Shown piece by piece: positions 7,801 through 17,848 of a stretch of 39,726 nt of DNA (the first letter of the stretch is position 1; each line of letters opens with the position of its first letter). This stretch comes from a virus (Duplodnaviria > Caudoviricetes). The stretch lies in the IMG/VR virus record IMGVR_UViG_3300037631_003301, positions 1 through 39,726 of that record; one strand, written 5' to 3'. The position numbers and the translations under genes are program-made. Below the pieces are notes generated by a model that ran no database searches, was not told where the DNA came from, and saw only the letters and a program-made list of their open reading frames with translations.

Positions 7801-9398
7801 TGGCTCTTAATATAGTAGAAAGAGATATTAGAGCTGCTGTAGACAGATACTCCGATAGTGAACTAAGAAAGAAAATGGGGCAAACTTATTTACATGATAT
7901 AAGAATAAGCTCTGAAAACGCAAGTGTAGCATTTCAACAAGGAGTTGTAAATGTTATGGAAGGTATGAAGTTTACTCAAGAAGAGATGAACCAAATAAAC
8001 CAAAGCTATAATTCAACTTCAAATTGGAAAAATATAGTAAATAAATTATTTGGTCAAATGTCAAGAATGAGTACTGTAGTAGAAACAAATCATGAGATAA
8101 GAAGTTTCAGGCAGTTTTATAAACTAGGAGTAGCAAGTAGTAGAGGTATATTTTTATTAAAAGGGTCTACTAAAGATAAAATAATAATTAGACTATATAA
8201 TAATTCAAGTGAATATAAAGGTACGGGCTTAACTAAGTTTAATAAGGAATTAAGAAAAGTAGCTTGGAATCTTTGGAAGGAAACGTACTTACAAGGTGTT
8301 AATACATCAGAAGGTGAAAAATTACAGAATATAAGTTTAGAGAGTAGATTACCTCCTAAAAATCCAAAGTCAAAGACAGGAACAAGCGTAGCATCAGCTT
8401 TTGGAAGAGGTACTCCTTTTGCACATGATTCTGAAACAGCAGTTGGAACTTTCGGACTAGAAGAATTAGAGCAAGATTTAAGAACTAACCAAGATTTTAC
8501 AGCAGCGTTAGGAGCTTTACAGACATATGGAATAAGTGTTGATGTAGTAAAAAGTGTAAAAAATAGCTTAGATTTGACTTTTGAAAAGCAAATAATTGTT
8601 ATGCCCGATGGGGCAGAAGAAGAAGTCAGAGTAGTAAAAGGATCAATTAGAAAACAAGGTAAAGAGCCTGGTGACTGGACAAACATAAAACAAGACATTT
8701 TAGGAAGTAAAAGTAATAAGAAAGAAGGAAGTTTAGCAAGGTTTTTAGATAGTGCAAATGCAAAAATAAGGGCATTAGACCCGGCAACTGCTGCAGATGC
8801 AGAAGCCAGTGAACCTTACTCAAAAAGAGCAGGTAAAAGAGCTGCAGAAAGAATTGTAAAAGCAGCTTTAAAAGCAGAAGGAGCAAAAAGAACTAAAGGA
8901 AAAGCACCTAAGAAAGCAAAATCAGGAACTCAGTCTACTAAAATAAAAATGAGTACAGGCCTTTCTACTGTTGCAAAAGCTCAAATACTTACTATAGCAG
9001 GAGGAGCAAAACTAAGTGCTCGAAAAGGCAGAAGTAAGAGTAAGGAAGAAAAAGGCGGAAGTATAAGTCTACCTAAATTAAGAACAAACATTAATAGATC
9101 TTTAGGTGCTGAAATAAGAAGGAATATGGGGAAACCTGCTTTAACAAATAGAACAGGAGAATTTTCAAATAGTGCAGAAGTATTAAATTTAAGAGACACT
9201 GGAAGAACAATAACAGGTGAATATACTTATACCTTGACAGGAGGCGGAAAAAGTAGTAATAGGTCTCAAGTATATTCTACGTTTGAGAATTCAGGTAAGT
9301 GGCCTTCGGGGTATAATCCGAAGCCTTTAATAGCTAAAAGTATAAGAAACTTAGCTTTAAGATATACAGAAAGAAAATTTACACTTAGGAGAGTATAA
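7800..9398 (+). CDS. Tail completion protein (T5 p143-like C-terminus, extended)
   Basis: Gene order; C-terminal RNMGKPALTNRTGEFSNS...YSTFE...NPKPLIAKSIR; 532 aa, basic. Confidence 0.7.
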   Translation: MALNIVERDIRAAVDRYSDSELRKKMGQTYLHDIRISSENASVAFQQGVVNVMEGMKFTQEEMNQINQSYNSTSNWKNIVNKLFGQMSRMSTVVETNHEIRSFRQFYKLGVASSRGIFLLKGSTKDKIIIRLYNNSSEYKGTGLTKFNKELRKVAWNLWKETYLQGVNTSEGEKLQNISLESRLPPKNPKSKTGTSVASAFGRGTPFAHDSETAVGTFGLEELEQDLRTNQDFTAALGALQTYGISVDVVKSVKNSLDLTFEKQIIVMPDGAEEEVRVVKGSIRKQGKEPGDWTNIKQDILGSKSNKKEGSLARFLDSANAKIRALDPATAADAEASEPYSKRAGKRAAERIVKAALKAEGAKRTKGKAPKKAKSGTQSTKIKMSTGLSTVAKAQILTIAGGAKLSARKGRSKSKEEKGGSISLPKLRTNINRSLGAEIRRNMGKPALTNRTGEFSNSAEVLNLRDTGRTITGEYTYTLTGGGKSSNRSQVYSTFENSGKWPSGYNPKPLIAKSIRNLALRYTERKFTLRRV

Positions 9399-9844
9399 TG
9401 GCACTTAGAACAAAAAGAAAGAAAATAGCCGAAGCTCTTGTAGGTAAGATAAAAGAAATTGACGGGAATCACCCTTTTAATTCAAACATCTTTCAAAATG
9501 CTGATTCACGATTAGTATTTTTAGATGAAATTCAACAATACCCAAAAGTATGCGTTGTAGCAGGAGATGAGATAAGACAATATCAACCTGGCGGATTTAA
9601 ATGGAGATTTATAACAATAACAATTAGGGCATATGTAGAAGATGCAAATGACCCTCAAGAAGTTTTGTCACTATTACTTGAAGACCTCGAAAGAGTAATT
9701 GACGATAATGACATACTAGTGTATGACGATACAGTATCGCCAAACCTACAAACAACATCTGCAACTATTACTTCAATAAGTACAGATGAAGGAGTCATAA
9801 CTCCTTTAGGTATAGGCGAAATGGTAGTCGAAGTACGATATTAG
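9398..9844 (+). CDS. Tail terminator (T5 p142-like)
   Basis: 148 aa before the tail tube gene. FLDEIQQYP, LEDLERVID, ISTDEG..P.GIGE. Confidence 0.85.
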   Translation: MALRTKRKKIAEALVGKIKEIDGNHPFNSNIFQNADSRLVFLDEIQQYPKVCVVAGDEIRQYQPGGFKWRFITITIRAYVEDANDPQEVLSLLLEDLERVIDDNDILVYDDTVSPNLQTTSATITSISTDEGVITPLGIGEMVVEVRY

Positions 9845-9908
9845 GAAACAGGTAAAGCAGAAAATTCTAGCTAAACCCTTTCCAAAGTAAATATAGGAGA
9901 TAAGCAAA

Positions 9909-11462
9909 ATGGCTTTAAATCTATCAAGAAATACCTCGGTATTCGTCTCAACTGGTAATGGAGTACACTCAAGCGGTGGTTCAGTATTAAGTGTGGACGG
10001 GTTCACAGGAGGTTCAGGACATGCTGTAGGAGATGTTCTTACTTTAGGTACAACTTCTGGAAGCGGAACAGGATTAAAAGTAGTAGTAAATGCTGTTAAT
10101 TCAGGAGCCGTAACTTCAGTAGCACTTATAAACAACTTTAGAGGAGCAGATTTCGTAAATGATGAAACTGCAACTCAAACAGCATCAACAGGTACAGGTA
10201 CATCTTTCGCATTAGTTGTAGATGGAGTTAGCGCTCTAACTGCAGAAGGAAGTAGATTACCTACAGGACTTTTTAAAGGTAATGGCACAGATGCAAATAC
10301 CTTCAAATTAGGTGTATTAGACGGATATAGTTTCTCACAGGGTAGTGACGCTACTGATGTAACAATTAGTGAAGCAGGTGCTGCTCCAAATAGAGGCTCA
10401 AAAAGATTCAATGACTCTTTACCACCAGCAGAATGGTCTTTCCAAACTTATGTAAGACCTTTTAAACATGGTACACATAGTCACAGATCAAGCGGTACTC
10501 ATGACATGGTAGAAAATATTCTTTGGGCTGCAATCGCAGGTAAGGATATTACTGGAGGTTCTTTAAGTGGGACTTCAGCAACTGCTGTAGTGTGTGACGC
10601 AACAGATGCAGATGTATCTTTCGCAAGGTCTGACCACCATGAATTATTGAAACTTTCAATATTCTTTGCGTTAGAAAACACAACATACAGATTAAATGAG
10701 TGTCAAGTAAACCAAGCAGAAATTGACTTCTCAATTGATGGTATTGCTACTATCTCTTGGTCAGGAAATGCAACAACAATCGACCAGGTAAGTACCGCTG
10801 TCGAAGACCCATCAAAAGCTATAACAGTTGTTACTGATGGAACTGAAACAGTAAGTTCAGCAGCTACTTATACTGAAGCGTATAACTATGTTGATAATAC
10901 TGCACCGGGCGATGGCGACTACTTAAGAAATAAGTTATCAACTTTAAGCTTAACGCACACCAAAAACTCAGCGGGAGTATTAGAAGTTGGAGCATCAGAT
11001 AGTACAACTACTTATGATATTAATATCACAGGTGGCTCACTAACTATTGCTAATAATATTACTTACGTAACACCAGAAACTTTAGGTCTTGTAGATGTTC
11101 CAGTAGGGTCATTCTCAGGAGCTAGACAGGTTAGTGGCTCTTTGACTATGTATTTAGATACTAAGGCAAATGGCTCTAACTCGTTATTATCTGACTTAAC
11201 AGCAGCTACTGACTTAGTTAATAATGCATTTGATATGAGTCTATTTATGGGCGGCGCGTCTTCTTCTACTCCAGTAGTTGAATTTGACTTACCAAAAGCT
11301 CATTTACAGATACCTACAATTGAAACAGCAGATATTATTTCAACAACTGTTGAGTTTGCTGCTCAAGGTACTGACTTATTAACAGGGGATGAGATGACAG
11401 TTAAATATAAAGGTTTAACAAGTCATTCTGATTCTGCATATGAAACAGACGTCACTGTATAA
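9909..11462 (+). CDS. Major tail tube protein (T5 pb6-like) with an N-proximal inserted domain
   Basis: AGGAG ribosome-binding site. LSRNTSVFVS, VLDGYSFSQ, RGSKRFNDSLPPAEWSFQTYVRP, VNQAEIDFSIDGIA, NNITYVTPETLG. Confidence 0.9.
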   Translation: MALNLSRNTSVFVSTGNGVHSSGGSVLSVDGFTGGSGHAVGDVLTLGTTSGSGTGLKVVVNAVNSGAVTSVALINNFRGADFVNDETATQTASTGTGTSFALVVDGVSALTAEGSRLPTGLFKGNGTDANTFKLGVLDGYSFSQGSDATDVTISEAGAAPNRGSKRFNDSLPPAEWSFQTYVRPFKHGTHSHRSSGTHDMVENILWAAIAGKDITGGSLSGTSATAVVCDATDADVSFARSDHHELLKLSIFFALENTTYRLNECQVNQAEIDFSIDGIATISWSGNATTIDQVSTAVEDPSKAITVVTDGTETVSSAATYTEAYNYVDNTAPGDGDYLRNKLSTLSLTHTKNSAGVLEVGASDSTTTYDINITGGSLTIANNITYVTPETLGLVDVPVGSFSGARQVSGSLTMYLDTKANGSNSLLSDLTAATDLVNNAFDMSLFMGGASSSTPVVEFDLPKAHLQIPTIETADIISTTVEFAAQGTDLLTGDEMTVKYKGLTSHSDSAYETDVTV

Positions 11463-11464
11463 CA

Positions 11465-12373
11465 ATGACAGCGTACAATCTACTTCGAGAAAGTAGTGTA
11501 CACATCGTACACAATGGGAGTCGTTATTTAATTAAAACGACTCCTGAGGTGTCGTTCTCACAAACATTCGCGGAAGATGCATACGAAGTAAAGACTTTGC
11601 ACGATCAAACAAAGATGTTTCAGGGAACAAGTATAACAAAAGCAAATCCTGCGAACTTTAGTTTTGCAGTTCATCTAACTCAAGAGAAAGATGAATCAAT
11701 CGTAAAAAGTCTTCTAACAGATTACGATACAAGTAATGGAGAACAATTATTAAAATCGTTTGACTTATATATCGTAACTGGAGAAAGCACCTTCAAATTA
11801 GAAGGTTGCGTAATTACTCAAGGAGAGTTTAATTTAGCAAAAGGCTCACCACTTATATTAACTGTAAGTGGAGCTGCTCAAAAGCTAAATAGAGTAGGAA
11901 ATGCTAGTTATTCGTTGCCAGGTTCACTGGTAAACACCAGTTCAACTAGAACTCCCACCCTATCACTTATAGATGTAGAAGTGGATTCAGTAGATGTACC
12001 GAATCTTGCTGCCACAACTTTACAAGTGCAAAACAATATCAATTGGACTCCTTTTGAGACTTTACAAAATAGTTTGTCAGTTACTAATGCAAGTAATGCA
12101 ATGTACCCGACAACTTATACCTTAGGAGATAGAGTAGTAAGCGGAAATATTACACAATTTTTAACAAGTAATAATTCTGCTACTTTTCAATCATTTGATA
12201 CTTCAGCAAATGTAGGAATTAAGACAATAGTAAATAATTCCACTTTTTTAAATGCCAACTTAACAGGTTGTATGTTTACAAAAAGAAGCAATGTTGCTGA
12301 AGCTTACACGCAGACAATTGACTTCCGTTTAGTTAATAGTCCCGCAAATTTAGGAACCATTATAACATATTAG
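11465..12373 (+). CDS. Baseplate tube / minor tail protein (T5 p140-like)
   Basis: 302 aa, follows the tube gene. SFSQTF, KTLH, ANPANFSF. Confidence 0.8.
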   Translation: MTAYNLLRESSVHIVHNGSRYLIKTTPEVSFSQTFAEDAYEVKTLHDQTKMFQGTSITKANPANFSFAVHLTQEKDESIVKSLLTDYDTSNGEQLLKSFDLYIVTGESTFKLEGCVITQGEFNLAKGSPLILTVSGAAQKLNRVGNASYSLPGSLVNTSSTRTPTLSLIDVEVDSVDVPNLAATTLQVQNNINWTPFETLQNSLSVTNASNAMYPTTYTLGDRVVSGNITQFLTSNNSATFQSFDTSANVGIKTIVNNSTFLNANLTGCMFTKRSNVAEAYTQTIDFRLVNSPANLGTIITY

Positions 12374-12383
12374 GAGAAAATAA

Positions 12384-12830
12384 ATGGATTTAAAATCATT
12401 ACTGGTAGACAGTAAAACTACTTGGGCTGAGTTCCCAGGATTAGATGGATTTGAAGTAGAACTTGCAAATTTATCGAGAAAAGAATTAGTAAACTTAAGA
12501 AAAAAGTGTACTTCAAACAAGTTCAATAGAAAGACAAGAGCATTTGAAGAGTCTTTAGATGATGAAAAGTTTGTAAAAGAATTCACAGAAGCAACTGTTA
12601 AAGGGTGGAAAGGGTTAAAATTAGGATATCTTGAAGATTTAATACTTGTGGATTTAAAAGGACAAGATCCAGAAATGGAAATGGAATTTTCTGAAGAGAA
12701 CGCTCAAATACTAGTAGAAAACTCATCAGAGTTTGATAACTGGCTCAATGAGGTAGTCTTTGATTTAGAAAACTTTCGCACGAAGCAACAAGGAAAAGTT
12801 ATTAAAAAGTCTGGAGACGTTTCTAAATAA
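12384..12830 (+). CDS. Tail assembly chaperone (gpG equivalent)
   Basis: AGGAG ribosome-binding site; acidic 148 aa; VKGWKGL; position before the tape measure gene. Confidence 0.85.
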   Translation: MDLKSLLVDSKTTWAEFPGLDGFEVELANLSRKELVNLRKKCTSNKFNRKTRAFEESLDDEKFVKEFTEATVKGWKGLKLGYLEDLILVDLKGQDPEMEMEFSEENAQILVENSSEFDNWLNEVVFDLENFRTKQQGKVIKKSGDVSK

Positions 12831-12843
12831 TAAAGATATAGGT

Positions 12844-13176
12844 ATGTCAAAAGATCAGTACTTGCTTATGTGTGAGCAAACTGGAGAAGAAGTAGACTGG
12901 GATAAATGCCCCCCTGATTGGGAGGATTTTCCAGAGTTTATAGTAACTGTTTTAAATATATTTAATAGTTTAGGTGATAGGATTTATGGAGATGTAGGTT
13001 ATGTGGGCAAAGATTTCACTAACTTACAATTCCTTATAGAATTGAATGGTATAGAGCAACATCAAATGGATTTTCTTTTTGATGTAGTACTGTGGTTAGA
13101 CAGTAGAGCTATCGAAAAATCTCAGAAAAGATTAAAAGCTGAGTACGATAAGATGAAAAATAAAAATGGCAGATAA
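12844..13176 (+). CDS. Tail assembly chaperone second part (gpT equivalent), probably made by frameshifting
   Basis: Frame is open from 12769; no well-spaced ribosome-binding site at ATG 12844. MSKDQYLLMCEQ.GEE...PP...DFP. Confidence 0.8.
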   Translation: MSKDQYLLMCEQTGEEVDWDKCPPDWEDFPEFIVTVLNIFNSLGDRIYGDVGYVGKDFTNLQFLIELNGIEQHQMDFLFDVVLWLDSRAIEKSQKRLKAEYDKMKNKNGR

Positions 13177-16100
13177 TAAAGTAATAATTGAACTACTGAT
13201 TTCCGAAAAAGGGAAGAAAGTATCTATGGTTGAAAAACAGACTGCCAAACTTACTGAAACAACTAAAAAACATAGAAAAGCACAAAAAGACTCCACTAAA
13301 GAAGGAGGAAAATACCACACTCAACAGAAAGCAATACATCAAACTAACTTATCTTCTGCAAAAGGTTTTTCAAAAATGAATCAAACCATCGGAGAAGGTG
13401 GTTCATCAGGTTTAGTAGGGGCATATGCTACTTTAGCAGCTAACGTCTTTGCGGCAACTGCTGCTTTCAATGCTTTAAGACAAGCGTCTCAAGTACAACA
13501 ATTAGTAGAAGGGTTAGAGGCTCTAGGAAGAGCTTCAGGAGATAATTTAACTCTATTAGCGGATAGAATAAAAGATGCTGCAGGACAAGCCATTGCATTA
13601 GACCAAGCACTAAGAGTTGCATCTGTTGGTGCTTCTGCCGGTTTTAGTGGGGAGCAATTAGAAGGACTAGCTACCGTTGCTAGATCTGCTGCTATAGCAC
13701 TAGGTAGAGATGTAGGAGATGCGATTGACAGACTAGCAAGAGGTGCCGCAAAACTAGAACCAGAAATTTTAGATGAATTAGGTATCTTTGTTAGACTAGA
13801 CGATGCTTCCGCAAAATATGCTGCCAGTATAGGTGTAGCTACTTCTGAATTAACTAGATTCCAACAAAGACAAGCTTTTGCTAATGAAATTATAGAACAA
13901 GGAGGACAAAAGTTCTCAGAGATTGGAAATAATGTTGATGTATCACCTTTTGACGCCTTAGCTGCTACCTTAGGTGACTTATCTCGTACTTTTACAGATT
14001 TCTTTAATACTGTACTAGGTCCTATAGCAAGTTTCTTTTCTAATAATACTATTGCTTTAACGGGTTTCTTTATGGCTATAACAAAAGGCATAATGAATCA
14101 AGCGTTACCTATGCTTAACCAATTTGCTGCTTCAGCTCAAAGAGGTGCAATGTTACAAGTTAAGCAAGCTCAAGCTGCGGGTAGACGAATTGATAAAGAA
14201 ATACAAGGACAGAGAAATTTACTCAAACCTATAAAAAATAGTGAACTAGCCTACAATCAATTGTTTGGAAAAATGAAACAAGGTACTGCAACAGCTGCAG
14301 AACTAAAGTTAATGGAACAAAGTCTAGCAAAATCTATAAGACAAAGACAAGCAGCACTTTTAGGTGGCAGTGCAAAAACTCTTGCAGCAAGACAAGCAGA
14401 GTTAGCAACTACAGTACAACAACAACAAGAGTTACAAAAGTTAATAAAATTAGAAAATAGTAGAGCAGGTAAAACTGGGGACATAAGAACAGCAACTGCA
14501 GGAGCAAAATCAAAAAGAAGCGAACAAGCAGTATTTAGAGAATTAGATAAAGACCCGAGTTTTAAAGGGTATATGAGAGCTTTTGGACTATCAGGCCAAG
14601 CCCAGAAAAAGTATAGAAAGAATTTAGGAGACTCAATAAATTCAACTAAGCTGTTTGGATTTAATTTAGGATTTTTAGGCAAAGCAGCAAATAAAGCTAG
14701 ACCTGCAATTTTTGGATTTGGACTTACATCAAAAATAGCAATTAAAGGAATATTTACCGCAATACCTGTTATAGGACAATTACTATTTGCATTAGATTTA
14801 CTAATCGTTGGCCTTAAAAATACAATTAAATTCTTTGCAGGATTTCGTGGTGAAGCAAGTAGATTAGAAAAAGCAACAGATGCTTTAAATTCCCAAACAC
14901 AGTTTTATGCAGAAACTCAATCTGCTTCAGCAGAGGCAACAAAAAATATGTCAGAATCTTTACTGACCTCTTCAAAAGCAACTGCAGAGTTACTTAATAC
15001 TACAAGAGAGTTTTCAGTAGCACAAGAAGAATCTCGTAAAAAGAGTACTGTATTTGGAAAAGTTTTACAAGGAGCTTTTGTAAATATTAATTTTGTTTGG
15101 AAACTTTTTACCACAGCTTTTAACGGTTTTGATGGCATACTAGAAAGAATAGGTATTAGATTTCAGATGTTTGCAATAGATGCAGTAAAAGACTTACGAT
15201 TCCTTTTAAATTTATACATACGTGCAACTAACTTAATGAATAGAGGAACTGGCATAGAGCCAATTGAACTAATATCAGCAGAAGGACAAGAAGCAAAACT
15301 AGAAGCCTTGAAAAACAGATTAAAAGAAATGACAGTAGAAAGAACAAAATTAGCTACAGCATCTACTCTTGCAATATTTGGAAAACAGGCAGTTTCAAGT
15401 GCAGAATTAGAATCTTTTACAACAGTATTACAATCAGGGGGAGCAGCAGCTAAGGAACTACAAGAATTTTTAGGTACTGATAATATTAATAAATTTGCTC
15501 AACAAATAGCTGAGGCAAACTCAAGCAACAGTCTTGCAGGTTTTTCTCCTGCAATACAAAAAGTAATAGAAAATCTTGGGTTGATGGAAGATGGCACTAT
15601 ATCAAGCGCAGAAATAATAACTCTACTATCTTCTTCTCTAGAAAACGGAACAAAAAATACTATTGACCAAGGAGATGCAATAAATTCTTTAGGTGAAACC
15701 TTTAAAAATAGTGGTCAAAAGATAAATGAATTTTTAAATAGTTTTAATAAAACTACCTCAGTCACTACATTTAATGGACTTCTAAAAACTATTAATGATG
15801 ATTTTGAAAGACTTGATACACAAACTGCAGGAGCAGCTATATTCCAACAGTTTGAGGGAGCTAACGCTTCTTTTAAATCTTTAGTAAGTAATGGAGAGAC
15901 TCTTGCACCTTTGTTGGAAAAACAGAAAGAAGAACTCAAAAAAATCAGCGATGCAGGTGGAAAAGTTACAGATAAAGTAAAAGAAGAGATAGCAATAAGA
16001 TTAGGAATACCTGCAGCAATAAAAACTGAAATAAATTCATTAGAAAATTTAGTAGGTACAATAAATAAAGCTTTACTTTTTGATAAAGCTAGATTAGACA

Positions 16101-17848
16101 CTTTAAAGCAGCAAGAACAGGCAGTATCTAAACAGGCAAAAATGAATGCTTCAGCGACAGCAGCACAAATTACTCTTTCTAATCAACAAACACAGATTAA
16201 TTTAAGTAGACTACAAAATGAAGCAAAACTACAAGAACAAACCTTAGGACTTACTGCTGGACAATTTAAAACTGAATCCGAGCTTGCAGAAATGACTAGT
16301 GAGGAGCAACAGAAGTATGCTACCTTACTTGAAAAACGAGTAGAAATAGGAAAACAATCAGAGAAACAAATAGGAACAGAGGAAGAGTTAGCATTAATAG
16401 GACTTCAGGCAAATGCTCTTGCAACAGCTCAACTTGCAACTATAAAACAGAAACAAGCATTTTTAGCTACGGAACTAAAGACAACTCAAATATTATCAAA
16501 TGTAAGTAAAGGACTTGGTGGAAAACTATCACCTGCACAACAATTAGAAGCACAGAAAAAACTAGCTCAAAATAAGATAAAGAATTTTGAAGACGAATTA
16601 GCGTTATTGAACTCAAGATTAGCTTTTGAAATAACAATAGCAGATGCAAGACTTACCGCAGCTGGAGTAGATAAAACAATTCGAGAAGAAATTATAGCAG
16701 ATTTAAAAGAACAACAAGCAATCCAAGCAGATATATTAGGATTAAAAGTTAAAGGAGCAAAAGAAGAGGCAAAAACAGTCGGAGCAAGTAACTTTACAGG
16801 ATTATTAAGCACAGGTACTTTTGCAGACCAAAATACAGCAGCTGAGACAGCTAAAACTGAGTTAGATACAACGGCTGGAGGAACTACTCAAGGTAAATTA
16901 GAAATAATGAATGAGTTTATGAGTCCAATGAGGGATGCTTTAAGTGAACTTGGACCTGGAGGAGATTTAATAAATGCAGCTCAAGAAGGAATCTTAACGT
17001 TAGCAGCCGCTTTTGATGTTGTGGGAAGTTCTACTTCTACAGCAGCAGATAAGATGGCAGCAGTCGGAGCAGCTGTAACAGCTATAAGTGCAATAATGCA
17101 AGCAAGTTCTAAAGCCCAAGTTGCAGAGATAGATAATCAGATAAAAGCAGAAAAGCAAAGAGACGGTAAGTCAAAAGAATCTGTAAGTAAGATAGCAGCA
17201 ATGGAGAAAAAGAAAGAAGGTATCCAAAGAAAAGCTTTTGAACAAAAGAAAAAGATGGATATTGCTTCAGCAGTAATTAGTACAGCTTTGGGTGCTGCAA
17301 GAAGTATGGAAATGGGCGGAATTATAGGACCTATACTAGCTGCTATGACTATAGCTATGGGTATGGCTCAAGTAGCAATAATTAAAAAGCAACAGTTCCA
17401 AGGAAGCTCAGGCGAAGTTTCTGCTCCAAATACTGCTCTACAATTAGGTAAAAGATCAAATAGAGTTGATATATCCAAAGAAGCAGGAGCAGGAGAAGCT
17501 TCGTACTTACGTGGCGGACAAGGAGTAGGCTCTAATGCTAATAACTTTACAGGAATGTCGATGGGTAAAAAAGGGTATGCTAATGGTGGAGAAGGTATAG
17601 TAGTCGGAGAAAGGGGACCTGAAGTTATTGCACCATCAGAACCTGTAGATATTATACCAAACTTTGCGTTAGGCGGACAAGGACAAAATATTACTTTTAA
17701 CATAAACGCTGTAGACGGACAAAGTGTACAAAATATGTTAATGGATCAACAAGGAACAATTGTAGGCGTAATTAGAGACGCCGCAAACTCATATGGTGAG
17801 GACTTCTTACCAGATGTAAATATTGGTTATGACATGGGAGGTTCATAA
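13166..17848 (+). CDS. Tape measure protein (T5 pb2-like)
   Basis: 1560 aa, Ala-rich and helical. LVGAYATLAANVFA, EPEILDELGI, hydrophobic central segments, C-terminal GYANGG...VGERGPE. Confidence 0.93.
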   Translation: MADNKVIIELLISEKGKKVSMVEKQTAKLTETTKKHRKAQKDSTKEGGKYHTQQKAIHQTNLSSAKGFSKMNQTIGEGGSSGLVGAYATLAANVFAATAAFNALRQASQVQQLVEGLEALGRASGDNLTLLADRIKDAAGQAIALDQALRVASVGASAGFSGEQLEGLATVARSAAIALGRDVGDAIDRLARGAAKLEPEILDELGIFVRLDDASAKYAASIGVATSELTRFQQRQAFANEIIEQGGQKFSEIGNNVDVSPFDALAATLGDLSRTFTDFFNTVLGPIASFFSNNTIALTGFFMAITKGIMNQALPMLNQFAASAQRGAMLQVKQAQAAGRRIDKEIQGQRNLLKPIKNSELAYNQLFGKMKQGTATAAELKLMEQSLAKSIRQRQAALLGGSAKTLAARQAELATTVQQQQELQKLIKLENSRAGKTGDIRTATAGAKSKRSEQAVFRELDKDPSFKGYMRAFGLSGQAQKKYRKNLGDSINSTKLFGFNLGFLGKAANKARPAIFGFGLTSKIAIKGIFTAIPVIGQLLFALDLLIVGLKNTIKFFAGFRGEASRLEKATDALNSQTQFYAETQSASAEATKNMSESLLTSSKATAELLNTTREFSVAQEESRKKSTVFGKVLQGAFVNINFVWKLFTTAFNGFDGILERIGIRFQMFAIDAVKDLRFLLNLYIRATNLMNRGTGIEPIELISAEGQEAKLEALKNRLKEMTVERTKLATASTLAIFGKQAVSSAELESFTTVLQSGGAAAKELQEFLGTDNINKFAQQIAEANSSNSLAGFSPAIQKVIENLGLMEDGTISSAEIITLLSSSLENGTKNTIDQGDAINSLGETFKNSGQKINEFLNSFNKTTSVTTFNGLLKTINDDFERLDTQTAGAAIFQQFEGANASFKSLVSNGETLAPLLEKQKEELKKISDAGGKVTDKVKEEIAIRLGIPAAIKTEINSLENLVGTINKALLFDKARLDTLKQQEQAVSKQAKMNASATAAQITLSNQQTQINLSRLQNEAKLQEQTLGLTAGQFKTESELAEMTSEEQQKYATLLEKRVEIGKQSEKQIGTEEELALIGLQANALATAQLATIKQKQAFLATELKTTQILSNVSKGLGGKLSPAQQLEAQKKLAQNKIKNFEDELALLNSRLAFEITIADARLTAAGVDKTIREEIIADLKEQQAIQADILGLKVKGAKEEAKTVGASNFTGLLSTGTFADQNTAAETAKTELDTTAGGTTQGKLEIMNEFMSPMRDALSELGPGGDLINAAQEGILTLAAAFDVVGSSTSTAADKMAAVGAAVTAISAIMQASSKAQVAEIDNQIKAEKQRDGKSKESVSKIAAMEKKKEGIQRKAFEQKKKMDIASAVISTALGAARSMEMGGIIGPILAAMTIAMGMAQVAIIKKQQFQGSSGEVSAPNTALQLGKRSNRVDISKEAGAGEASYLRGGQGVGSNANNFTGMSMGKKGYANGGEGIVVGERGPEVIAPSEPVDIIPNFALGGQGQNITFNINAVDGQSVQNMLMDQQGTIVGVIRDAANSYGEDFLPDVNIGYDMGGS

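Noticed and set aside
12780-12830. Classical -1 frameshift for the tail chaperones
   Set aside because: The downstream ORF is in the +1 frame, and the -1 frame has TAA at 12803.
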